A stretch of DNA of 64,000 nucleotides from Octopus sinensis (taxonomy: Eukaryota), in the NCBI RefSeq assembly GCF_006345805.1, contig NC_043003.1:75888001-75952000 (forward strand), given 5' to 3'. The notes under the pieces were generated by a model, which worked only from the letters and a program-made list of their open reading frames with translations, ran no database searches and was not told the origin of the DNA. The position numbers were made by a program, and so were the translations under genes. Below are positions 25,671 through 38,255 of this stretch, in pieces. Position 1 is the first letter of the stretch, and every line of letters starts with the position of its first letter.

Positions 25671-28612
25671 ATTCGGAAATATTTATTTAAGATCAATTTC
25701 CTTCACTTATCACCCTTTTAATATTAGCAAGCTATTATATAAAGCATTTCTTCACTAACCTTACCAAACATAAAGTCGAATGAAGTTTGATTGCGATAAC
25801 TAAATTTTATTAGTTTTTGATTTCAATTTCATAAGAATTATGGATATGATGTTTACGTCTCAATTATAAATTTTGTTTCTCTCTACTTAGTAATTAATTT
25901 TGCTATTTTAATTAACTTTCGCAAGAAAACGATAAAAAGGAAAAAAATTCCAAAGGTACTTCATGGCCCATTACATCAGAACTACTCATTGTAAATATTT
26001 CTTCAATTTATGTTTATTTTTCGTCGTTTTTACTTTAATTTAATCGAATTTTGTCGTTACAAATATTGATTTGTTCCTTAACTCTTAATGAACAAGAATA
26101 TAATTGTCGACCGTGAAAATATAATTTCCCCCTAAATTTTCTTCATTAATATATATTATAGTTTCGGAAATGAGGTCAGTTAACAATTCCTTGTGAATTA
26201 GACGGTAATTTAGATATTTCCTGCAACTACACATGAATAAAATGTCAGGAAGAAGAAGAAAAAAATAAAACCAGCCGCTTCCAATATCACCTCATTAAAG
26301 GTTATTACTGTTATTAAACGAGAAATAGGAAGAATTCTTTCCATTATCAAATTTTTAAGTAGAAGAGCTATTGATGCAACTTCTAGTTCCGAATATCATG
26401 TATATTTCCCCAACTCTCACTCGAGCAGGGATTATGTTTTGAGCTATAATTACTACTTCAAAAGCTTTATTTGCAAAAGCGAAGCAGAAAGCATCAAACT
26501 TTGACATTGATGCTGTTGTTAATGTTGTTGTTGTTTGTTTCGTTTTTGTCGTTGATCTTGTTGTTGATGTTAAATGCATCGTATCAATATAACTAATTAT
26601 ACATGTGGCACAACGATGGCTAATGTGAAAAGTAGGAATACATATTTTCATTTTGATTCACAGTCTTCTCACTGAATGGATATGCTGACCTCAATTGTAT
26701 GATATACAGATTTGTGCATTGACGAACGCTGGAGATTCTATGAAGAAAATTCACTTGAAATATATGCAGAGGAAATGACTACGCATTAATGCGCCTACAA
26801 TTGTAAAATAATAAAATGTAATTATGAATCTGTTTCAATGATCTTCAAAAATAATATAATACCTCTTTTGTTGTGAATAGTTATATATAGTTCACGCTAT
26901 CCATATTTGATTCTGAAATACATTACTCTATGACTTCTACTATTGTAAATTCATTTGCCATGATTTGTAAATGAATTTGGTGGGGGAAATTGTGGAAGCC
27001 CATCGTGTGTGTATGTGTGTGTGTGTGTGTGTGTACCTGTGTTTGTCACTCATCACCATTTGGCAATCGATCTTGAATTGTTCACGCACGCGTATCCCAG
27101 CTGTTCGGCAAAAGCGAACTATAGGATAAGTACCAGCATTGATTACAATCATTTCAACTAAACAAATATACCCAAAGCGGTGCACTATAATGTCTGAAGT
27201 CCTATGATTTAAACAAGCAATAAATTATGATAATATAACTTGTGTAGTATTCTCTAGAAATATCCAAAGCATACCTATAGCACACTTCAGAAAACGATTG
27301 CACTGCAATTACAGAATGAAGAAATTGATGTAAAATAAAAAAAGAGTAAAATCTCATAATACAAGATATCAGAGGTATAGCAACTAACTATAATTTCGTA
27401 CAATAATGTTTAAAAAACCTTCCTCATCAACTCGAAACAAACTGGCAAAACTAATGCGTAGTTCAAACAATTCAGTATATAAAGTCCATTGTAAATACTA
27501 AATTTCCTAATCTCGTGAATCAAGCTGTTAAATTGTGCGCGCAAGTATCAGAATATTGCAATGATTTAACCAAGCCTTTACAACAATCGGTTGCAAAATT
27601 TTGTTATCCATTTAGTAAATATATTTTTATGGAAATATATTTAGTCGAGGGCAGCTCTATGTTACGTAAAATTAAATAACAAAATATTAAAAAAGCCTCG
27701 AAAATTTTACTAATTGCAATCACCATCCAAAAACATCAACACTCTGTTGCAGTTAATTGTTAGGGATTGCGTTTATATGCCTATTTGTTAAGGATTGCAA
27801 CAGGTATATAACCGCCAACGAACAGATACACATATATAGAATACATACAAAAATACATACGCATTTACGCACGTACGCGCCCGCATACTCATGCACATGC
27901 GCGCGCACACAGAAATAGATGCTAGTGTAATATATACATATAAACACGTTTATATATAAATGTATCTATCGTGTATGTATCGGTGTGTGTGTTTGGAGTA
28001 CGTGTGTGCATATGTGGTTATTATTAAGTAATAAAACAAAATATTGCTCGCTCTCTGACAGATTTATTACCGAACCTGTGGCAGTGGAGACCTCAAGTCT
28101 GCTGGGACCATGAGGCAGTCTATATTACAGAAGAATGTAAGAATTTCATAGCTTGCTACCCGGAGTTGATCATTATATAATCGTATTTTATTGTTACCTT
28201 ATTTCAGTGCATTTCCTGTCAGCTATCCCTATAACTGCAATTTTTTTACGCCCTTTCCCTCTTCTCTTTTATTCTATGGTAAGATAATATTATTTTCTAC
28301 TTGTACCGGAAAGAAATACACTAGTTATTTATAGAAAATTTAATCGAGAGTACTATATAATTGCGTTGAATTTGCATTGACCTTCAGCAAACTGCTGATG
28401 AAAGAGTATTGTGTCTTTGTTTCTACTTCTGTGAGTTTTACCTGTTGCCCGAGCTAAATGAATCTCATTTCTGTTTAATAGAATCGAGACATCGTAAGGT
28501 ATTAGAGAGCATGCGTGTATGTAGGTACATGCGTATACATATATCAACCTGTGTTTTTATATTATGTGTGTGTATATGTATGTATGTATATAATATAATA
28601 TAATATAATATA

Positions 28613-28683
<71 letters not shown>

Positions 28684-29157
28684 GTATATATATATATGTG
28701 TGTGTGTGTGTATGTGTGGGTGTATGGGTGTAATATGCATCAACCATATGCGATATTCCATTGCCAATTCAGTTTCGACACGTTATTTCCTCATTTTCAG
28801 AACCTCCAAACATACAGCTGACATGTCATAATCTATTTCCTCTCCATGCAATATAAATGCCGATAAGCCTGCAAATGTAAAGGAAGCCCTGCTCTCTATA
28901 TACTTACCTTTGTAATGTAAGTAAAAGCATTTTGACATATTTCCAAAATAACAGATGCAGAAAAAAAAATAATGGGATTCATATAGTCCTGTGGTAATGG
29001 AAGCAGCATTATTTTTTTGTTTTGTTTTTTCTTACGAAGCAAATGCACTCAGTTCTACTTGGATGCAAATGAATCTATCTGTCTATATACGGATATACGC
29101 GGACACACAAGGGACGCATGCACGTATATAATGTATATCTACTGCTGTGTATACATA

Positions 29158-29241
<84 letters not shown>

Positions 29242-29356
29242 GTATATATATATATATGTATATATATATATGTGTGTGTGTGTGTATGTGTATTTATGTA
29301 TGTTTATATACATATATATGTCTGCGTGTATGTATGTGTGTATATATGCATATATA

Positions 29357-29403
<47 letters not shown>

Positions 29404-29590
29404 ATATACATATGCATGAACGTGTGCATATGTAAGAACGTATGTTTCATTTTCATCGCTGCAACGTGACTGAAGTGGAGTGAGAGCTTCCTTCATCGGA
29501 CTCCCTAAGCTTGAGTCATTTGTAACTTCTGGCGATTAAAGATAAAATAATATATATACGATTTGGGTTCTATTTTTCTACTTTGCATCA

Positions 29591-29654
<64 letters not shown>

Positions 29655-29764
29655 CTGTGTGTGTGTGTCTGTGTGTGTGTGTGTGTGTGCGTGTGTGTGC
29701 GTGTGTGTTTGTGCGTGTGTTTGTGTGTGTGTGTGTATACATACATATATACATACATACATGC

Positions 29765-30345
29765 ATAAAACCCGAGGACAAAGAAATATAGTAGAAGCCA
29801 TAGCCACTCATAATAAAAAGGAGTACTGGTGGAATGTTCCAGTGATGACCTCAATAAAATGTAAGCACAAAAGACCTTATATAATGATTTGGGATACAGA
29901 AGAGAAACTGTGCACAGTCGTGGAAATTAGCTGCCCAGCGGATGTTAAGATAAAGCTGAAGATCTGTGGAAAAGAGAATACGTACACTTTGCAGTTACTC
30001 TATCCAGATTACAGTTTCAGATTTATACCTATAATTATTTAGGCACTGGTATATATAACATACTGTCTGAATACTGATCTTGAGAAATTAGGCTTCCCAA
30101 AACCAGAAAGGAGAAAGCTGATTCGAAGACTACAGATCCATCCATCACTGGAAATGTAAAAATCTGTAAAATTTTCCAGAAGTTTATCCTTTAACTATAT
30201 ATGAGCGTGTCTTGATATGCAACTATATGCATGCGAATACATACTGAACGCAAATCATACAAATCTGCACATATACATATACACATACTTATTAAAAAAA
30301 TACCCTGTTGTTGTTGAAATTTCAATGAAGGAGCCTTGAATCTAG
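29765..30345 (+). mobile_element. R4/Dong-like non-LTR retrotransposon, RLE-domain 3' fragment plus 3' UTR
   Basis: WWNVPVMTSIKCKHKRPYIMIWDTEEKLCTVVEISCPADV..LQLLYPDYSFRFIPIII.ALG..LEKLGF..KLIRRLQ: a PD-(D/E)xK restriction-like endonuclease region. Confidence 0.8.
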
Positions 30346-30504
30346 GTTAGAAAACGGCTCTTTCTCTATGGGCAAGAAATCTTAAAATAAAAGTGAACAA
30401 TGACATACATGCAGGAATACATACATACATACATACATACATACATACATACATACATACATACATACATACATACATACATACGTATATACATGCATGC
30501 ATGC

Positions 30505-30835
30505 ATATGGATACTGGAATATATAACAAACCGCCTAAGCATCAGTCTTGAGAAATTAGTCCAGAAAAGAGAAAGCTAATCCTCGGTGTACAGATTCAAG
30601 CGAACAAAGACTGTGAAATTTGTAAAACTGTCCGGAAGCCTTCGTATTTAAGCTCAAATGCGCTTGCCATGATGTGAAACTATATGCATGAGAATACATA
30701 CATAAAACAAAGCGTACAAATCCGCACAAACATTAAATCTAAATACTGCTCACATACGCATAAACTTGCATAGATGCGTTGTTGATGTTGTTGAAATACT
30801 GATGAAGGAGACTTGTATATAGGTTAGAACCAGAT
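30505..30835 (+). mobile_element. Second, shorter R4/Dong-like 3' fragment
   Basis: Repeats the last coding bases and 3' UTR of 30040-30345 (CTTGAGAAATTAG..AGAAAG..AACTATATGCATG.GAATACATAC..GTTGTTGAAAT..ATGAAGGAG.CTTG.AT.TAGGTTAGAA). Confidence 0.7.
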
Positions 30836-32049
30836 TAGGATTTGGTGAAAAATATGTATTTTTTAAAAGGAATTAAACAATCTGAAAATCAGCTAAAATA
30901 ATGCAATCTTCCAGACTCATTACTATGAAGATATGATGTTGTGCTGAAAAATAATTGGAGGAAAAAGTTACAGAGGTTTAAAAATCGAAAAAAGGTGTGT
31001 ATTTTTAGCCAATAGCGAGACAGAAATTTTCTGCGTTTAGTGGAGCGGTCTCAACTTTAAGGTCGTAGCCACTGAAATTTATAGTCTAGTGTCTGTGAAA
31101 TTATCTGTTCATTGTAGGTTTCTAAATAAACAGAAATACCAAGCAAAATCATGTGTCATCTTACTGTTTATTTTGTCTCTTCATTCATTTATCATTTTAT
31201 AGAAGTTATATAAATACATTTGTCTGCATGTGTTTATTTTATTTGTATTTCAGTATTATGTATACCTGTCATGTATTTGTGTACATCATTAATATATATA
31301 AGTACAGGTGGACGTATGCATTCATATATAAGTTTATATGTACATTTATGCATTCTTGTTTGTGTGTGTGTGTTGTGTGTGTGTGTATATGTGTGTATGT
31401 GTGTGTGTGTGTGAAAAGGAGGCGTCTGTCTCCAAAACTCCAAAGTTATTACGCTTTCATCCTTGGATTTGTAATCTACAATAACAATAACAACACTGGT
31501 CAACAAAGAATTTGACCCAAGAGAAAGCAATGTGAAGCTAACTGTTTAAGAAATACTCCTAATTTAGATGTTCATGAATAGAATTAACGTAGTGAAATCA
31601 TATATCCAGCTATCTCAGTCAATGAGTCTTTGAAGGTTAGCAGTACTGTCCATCCATCTTCATACTATGAAGAAACTGTTTAAACATCGGAAACATATTT
31701 TGTTATACTTGCAGTGACTTAACACCCAAGTCACAAAGACGGCGTTTCACGCTGATGATTACTTGCGGCAAAGACACGGGTGAAATGAAACACAATACAG
31801 CGTGCGAATGCCACGCTGCCTGTTGATTGGCTAAAATTACCCAAATTTCCCAACTTTAATTCCAAATAACATCAGATTCTTTAATTTACGAGATAAAGCA
31901 ATTGGTTGATCATAATCAAAATTCAGAGTTCCATCGATTCGCCAAAATTGAAAGAAATCTGAGCAAATTTAAAGAGGGGTTCATTTTGCGAATGAGACTG
32001 ACTAGATCCCCCGAATTTTTTCTCCATTGGCAAGAAATCATGATATAAA

Positions 32050-32430
32050 GAGTCTCCTACTACATCCTCAGGCCGACCAAAGCCTTGTGAGTGGTTTTGG
32101 TAGACGGAAACTGAAAGAAGCCCGTCTTCCTGAGCGTCCAATAATACTATATTTGTTCCACGTCCTCGCGTTGCGTTTTTTTTGTGCTTTCATGTTTGGA
32201 TTAACTTTGTATATATATATGTTTGTGTGTGTGTATTTGTGTCTGTGTTTGTCCACCCCAACATCGCTTGAAAACCGATGCTGGTGTGTTTATGTCCCCG
32301 TAACTTAACTTTCGGCAGAAGATACTGATAGAATGAGTACTAGGATTATAAAGTATAAGTCATGGGGTCGATTTACTCAACTAAAGGCGGTGCTCCAACA
32401 TGGCCGCAGTCAAATGACTGAAACAAGTAA
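32050..32430 (+). mobile_element. SINE, microsatellite-containing family (5'-truncated)
   Basis: GGCCGACCAAAGCCTTGTGAGTGG..GGTAGACGGAAACTGAAAGAAGCCC...GGCGGTGCTCCAACATGGCCGCAGTCAAATGACTGAAACAAG. Confidence 0.85.
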
Positions 32431-33584
32431 AAGGAGTAAATAGTAATAGCTTTTTCTATGCATGCATGTATATTTGATTTGACGTGTCATTTGTACATCC
32501 AACTCCGTAAGGGAGTTGTAGACTCGTTGATATGTGATTTACCTTGTATATATATAGGTTTTTACGTAGTCTTGTTCTGATCACTCATCATTTGTTCGAG
32601 AACAAGAGACAAGTAGTGAAAACGAATATAAGAGGGGCAGAACTTGTAGTTTATTTATCCACATTGAAAACATTAAAGACTACTTTAATTTCGGTGACAC
32701 TTGAACTAGATTGCTCACAGTGGGCGCTCTAACGACTCTTCCGAATGGACACACACACACACACACTTTGTCCGTTTGTTTAATTCTCTTCAAAATATTT
32801 CATTTCTACATTATACATTTCTACATTTCTCGCTTGTATATGCATTAGCTTACAAGATGAACTACTAACCCATTTCCCCATTGTCGAAAATTTTATTTCC
32901 TTTAAAAACAAATCTCTGCCACGCCTGACCGAACACTACCGCCCATCCTAATTCCTATACAATTGTCTATCAAACTCCATCAACTAATTTACTTCTCTTT
33001 TCAATAAGCTCGTAGAGGCAGCAATAAAAAACAATAATAGTTTTCTCTTCAGCAGTCTGAAATTAGGTTGAATCCAAAATTGGCGTAGTCTATGCCACCA
33101 GCTCCTGTCACAAACTTTGCCTCTTCGTCATCCTTTAACCTGTATTTCTTTCTTTTGTCCTTTATAGTTTCTTTCGTTTTGCTTTTTTACCTTCTCTTCT
33201 ACTACAAATGATGATGATGAATATGATGATGATGAGGAGGATTCGCTTATTTGCCACAAATTACTTAACATTCTTTGAACCGAATAATGGTTGTTGGTAA
33301 ACTCAGTACAATGCCAAACATTTCAGAGGAAGTGTATTTGCAGACACATTGAACTGTAGTATATGACTGGTTCTATATTTTATCGACCCCAAAGAGTTGA
33401 AATGTCAAGTTGGGTGGCGTTAAAATTAAATACCAGTCAAGGACTGACGGAGAATAAAGTAGTATTTATCAGTTGTAAAAATCACGTCGTTTGTAAAAGG
33501 CTTTATTTCTACTGTCAGTTACACAATACATCACTTTTTGATTTGGACCGAAGTCGATTCTATGGGTAAAATATCGGTTCTCGT

Positions 33585-34235
33585 TGTTGCTGTTGTATTT
33601 TCACAGCTTCTAACGCTGGAGATGTACTAAACTGTCGGTTTTTCAATGCCCGGGAATTAAAGTAACACCTCTTATTTTTCGAACACCTTCCGGAGTATTC
33701 GAGCGGTTCCAAACAGTGCTATTTTCTGCAAGTGCTCCACACTTATTGCAGCCCCTATTTGTTCCACGTATTTCTCTAGATTTTTGCTCACTGTCCCCAG
33801 GGCTCCGACTATTATTGTTACTGCTACCTTTTTCATCAACCACAACTACTTAACATCCTAAGCTAACCTGTCATATCTCTCGATTTTTCTTCCTTCCTTA
33901 TCGCATACCTAGTTGTCAGCTGCTTGTGCCTATGATCCAGCATAGTTTACTTTCTTTCTCAATTAAGACTAAGTCCGGCTTCCTATTCTCAATCTCATGT
34001 TCGCGCTGAATCATAAAATCCCATAGGATCTTTGCATTTCTATTTTCGACAATGCCTTCAGGTTTGTGGTCGTACCAATGTTTTGCTCTGTAAAGTCCAT
34101 ACTTGTGGCAAATTGTCCAATGGATAAGCCTGAATATATTGACGTCCCTTATATTCCCGCTGGGCTAGTGGCGTACATTGGCTGGTAATATGCCATACGG
34201 TCTCACCGTTTTATCCACAGATTCTACACTTATTA
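33585..34235 (-). mobile_element. R4/Dong-like non-LTR retrotransposon, CCHC plus RLE 3' fragment (different subfamily)
   Basis: Minus strand: CRICG..GETVWHITSQC (CCHC knuckle), IHWTICHKYGL..WYDHKPEGIVEN..KILWDF.IQ....NRKPDLVLIEK, IIVGALGTVSKNLEK..LQKIALFGTARILRKVF. Confidence 0.85.
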
Positions 34236-34260
34236 CTTTCTGCTGTGTTGTCTATTCTGT

Positions 34261-34313
<53 letters not shown>

Positions 34314-34329
34314 ATGTGTGTGTTTCCTG

Positions 34330-35215
34330 AAATATATTTGCCACCTAAATGTGGCTAACCCTTAATGGTTGATGCTACGGTAGCTTGTAGCTTCAGGAAG
34401 ACATCTCCTCCAGCTGACTATTGACACTTTCTGTACCCTTGCAAAGTCATCTTTCCCATCTCCAGCCTGAGGTGATACACACGGACCCGAGTTTTGGGGT
34501 ATTGACCCGTCATCAGCGTGTGACAAACAGCGGCTGGCGATGTGAAGTGGTTCTCAATGTAAAAGTATATATTTACTGTTTCCAGTGACAAAATGTCAAT
34601 GATCTCAAAAATGTGAAAAGAAGCAATAATAAATCTCTTAGTGAGGTATAAACAGTAGCTGTACGACATCGTGAAATATATTTGTCACGGAGATGGAAAG
34701 GATGACTTCCCTTTGAAAATACTGACAGAGCACAGAAAGTGTGTCAATAGCCAGCTGGAGGAGATGTCTTCCTGGGGCTACAAGCTACAGTAGCATCAAC
34801 CTGTAAAGGTTAACCACATTTAGGTAGCAAATATATTTCACAGTGTCGTGCAGCTACTATTTATACCTCGATCAGAGATTTATTATTGCTTGTTTTCACA
34901 TTTTCGGGATCAGTGACTTTTCATCACTGGAAAATGTATATATATATATCTGCATTGGGAACCACTTCACACTGCTAGACGCGAGTTGTCACCCAGAATG
35001 TCGGGTCCGTGTGCATCACCCCAAGCTTGAGATGGGCAGGATTACTTCCCTTTGCAAATACTGATAGGTTACAGTGTGCTAATAGCCAGCTGGATGAGAT
35101 GCTTTCCTGGGGGTACAAGCTACAGTAGTATCAACCTTTAAGGGTTAACCGCATTTAGGTGGCAAATATAATACACGATGTCGTGCAGCTACTGTCTATA
35201 CCTAGCTGAGATATT

Positions 35216-35220
<5 letters not shown>
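34330..35220. repeat. ~330-bp unit array with an internal inversion
   Basis: Minus unit 34330-34680; plus partial unit ~34685-34838; plus full unit ~34839-35170; start of another at ~35171-35220. Shared motifs include CAGCTGGA.GAGATG..TTCCTGGGG.TACAAGCTACAGTAG.ATCAACC and GGTTAACC.CATTTAGGT.GCAAATATA. Confidence 0.88.
34478..34522 (-). ncRNA. Type I hammerhead ribozyme relic (two core changes)
   Basis: Minus strand CACACG-CTGATGA-C-GGGT caat ACCC-C-AAAA-C TCGG G-T-C-CGTGTG: 6-bp stem I, intact CUGAUGA, GUC site; G10.1>C and G12>A. Confidence 0.6.
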
Positions 35221-35297
<77 letters not shown>

Positions 35298-38134
35298 TAC
35301 TTAATTTGATTTTCTTTTGCTGCTTTTGTGTACTGAAGTTGTATGCATTGTTTTTTAAATGCAAGTATCCGGATTTCCCCTGAAAAATTATCATCCCGTT
35401 TTAATTTTTTTGCTATTTACTAAAATAGGGAGTACCTCCATACAGAACTAACGGCATTCATTCTTAGATTTCCTGTAAGAAGGCGGTCTTATTATGATGT
35501 CTCGGTGTACATCATATTTTGTATTCTCGGAAACAAGATTAAAGATGTACTTAGCCAGTCTAGTGTAATTACGTAAGTTTTAATTACTAAAGATGTGTGT
35601 AGTATGTAACGACATTTAAAGGAATTAGAAATGAATCCTAAGTGCGAACGTTTATCATTTGCTGCAATGACGCTACAGCTGTAAACGATGTTGAGTTGTA
35701 AGTGCTACCACAATGCGGTTAATTAGAAATCATTTTGTAACTGCTAGATAAAGGTTTCAATTTTGTCAAAGATTCACTCCAAATGGTTTCAATCGTAGCG
35801 CTAGTCATTTGATTAATGTTGTCCTATATATTAACTTGAAATCATGGATTGGAGAAGACTTCCTTAATTTGGTAAGTTTTTGTTGTGTCTTGATCCAGGT
35901 CAAGGAAGATGAGCCGGAATAAAGAACGTTGTCAATTTGGGGTGGATATTTAACTGTAGTGGTTGTTGCTTCGAGGTCTTCTAAGAAGAGAAATTTAAGA
36001 TCTTCCACTGCTGGCTGCATGTATGATGATGTCCATACTTTAGAAGTGCATTCTTGACTATATAAACACACATTAGCAATAACGAGAAGATAGGAACACA
36101 CTGTTTCTCTCTCTTTCTCTCCCTCTATTTCTGCCTCTCGATCTCTCTTCTTCTCACTCTCTCTCACTCACTCTTTCTCTTTCTGTGTATTTATGTAGTA
36201 AAAAAATAATTTTACATCAGAATTACCCGAGGTAGGTTTATGTTGCAACATTTTACCCACTGATTACCTGCATTTCTGTCTTAGGTAATTTATCGAGCAC
36301 GAGAATAATAAAGAACGTTCGATGTGTAGTTGCCTGGTTGTCGTATTTTGAATTAAGTATAACGAATTTAAATTTAACCAGTACATCAAAGCTTCGACTC
36401 TACAAGGTCTCCATATCAATCAGTAACTCTATTAAAAACCATCTAGATGTCTCGAATCATCATGAAACTATACTGACAAAAAATCCTTTTCAGAACGCAA
36501 ATAAATTCAATGTATTTTGCATTTGCAAGCAGATCTCCCTCTCTCAATGAGACTGATATTGTCCAAGGCAAAACAAGTGCCAATGCAACTTGACACCAGT
36601 ATTAGGGCATTTTCACGATCAAAATACAATGAACCGTAATAATGCTGTAAACCTGTCATCTGCTAATCTACCGTTCAGGACAAGTATTTTTTAGTCGACG
36701 TAAACAGAAGGGAAAGCAAAGCTGACGTCTTTGAAATTGAACTCAGACGACAAACATCCGGAACACACAGCTCAAGCCACTCTATCTGAAATTCGATGCA
36801 CTCTCTCAGTTCTTATATTATCTATATTTTGCAAATAATAAATTCTAATTAATCAAATTCTAACGTTCATCAATGTTGTTAGCAGAGTGATGCAGCCATA
36901 TACATGTATCAGTATGTAATTTAAATTCCTATACCACCAATTGATATTTGTGCAACTTGAGGAAAAGAGTGATAGTTATTATGAGAGGTCGAAATAAGAA
37001 TTCATAGTTTCTAAATTTAGCGACGAAATGACACGTGACACCTATCTATATTCACTTTTAGATTGTCTTGTACTGTGCAGCGTTTGTGAATAGATATCCA
37101 TACAAAGAATACTCTGAGCAACGGCGACCACTTAAAATTACTTCTGGTAAGGCTTGAATCATTAGAAATCCTATTAGAAACGCCATATTTTTCCTATTCA
37201 GATCATAACAGCAGTCTATGTTTACTTGTCATTCAGCAAACTTGCTGCATCACTCATGATCAGAAACACAGTATGTATGTCTGCATGTATGTATGTATGT
37301 ATGTATGTATGTATGTATGTATGTATGTATGTATGTATGTATGCATGTATGTATGTATGTATGTATGTATGTTGTGTATGTATGTATGTATGTATTTATG
37401 TATGCATGTATGTATGTGTGTATATATATATATATATATACACATATATATAAATGTGTGTGTCTGTGTGTATTTATATATTTATTGATAAATACATACC
37501 CGCACACACGCAGGTACATACGCACACGTACACGCACATACCTATATACATACATAAATACATACATACATACATACATACATACACACATACATGCATA
37601 CATACATACATATCTATGTTATCTCTCAGACTTGAATTTAGTTGATATTTTCTGTTCAACAATCCAATGAATGATGTATAGAAAATGGAACACCGGAATA
37701 AATAATTTGTTGAATTTTATCTATTTTTCTCTTGTCAAATTTGAAATATAGTCTCTCCGACATTGACGTCTATCATGCTGGTTTCATCTGTAACTGTTAA
37801 AGATGAATCGGTTTAATCAATTCTACCCAGCCTTCTACAAAGATACATATCTCATTCGACCCTTCAGTCAACAATGTATAAAGCAGTTCAAATATCAATA
37901 CTGTGTCTACTTTTTATTACAATGTGCTATTAATCGGAGAATTGGCAGACGTGTTAGAACTGCAGACTAATTACCAGCCATCATAGTTTGTTATGATTTC
38001 TTTCCCTCTCCCTCATCCTCGCTGAGAGTATTCCAGCAGACCAAATAATCGAATCGATACTTTTTGCAAAAATTTTTTAGTTTTCTGCATTCGGGAATTC
38101 ATCGGATAAAATACCCTGCAATATTTCTTCTTAA

Positions 38135-38255
38135 TAAGGCAGTGAGCTGGCAGAATCTTTAGCAGGCCTGCCAAATTGCTTAGCTCTATTTCGCCCGTCT
38201 TTATGTTCTGAGTACAGATTTTCGTTGAGGTCGATAAAATAAGTATCAATTGAGC
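38135..38255 (+). mobile_element. Degenerate tRNA-derived SINE (family of the 14330-15110 array)
   Basis: AAGGCAGTGAGCTGGCAGAATC.TTAGCA..CC...AAAT.GCTTAGC..TATTTCG...GGTCGATAAAATAAGTA. Confidence 0.65.

Noticed and set aside
33643-33843. ORF with GCNKCG, resembling a gag zinc knuckle
   Set aside because: It is an alternative frame of the R4-like RLE region, which reads convincingly in another frame.
35748-35871. Apparent transmembrane exon (MVSIVALVI...) before a TTG|GTAAGT donor
   Set aside because: The frame hits TGA at ~35810 and does not reach the donor in frame.
35805-36059. ~84-codon open frame on the minus strand
   Set aside because: No recognisable motif and no downstream donor; compatible with chance.
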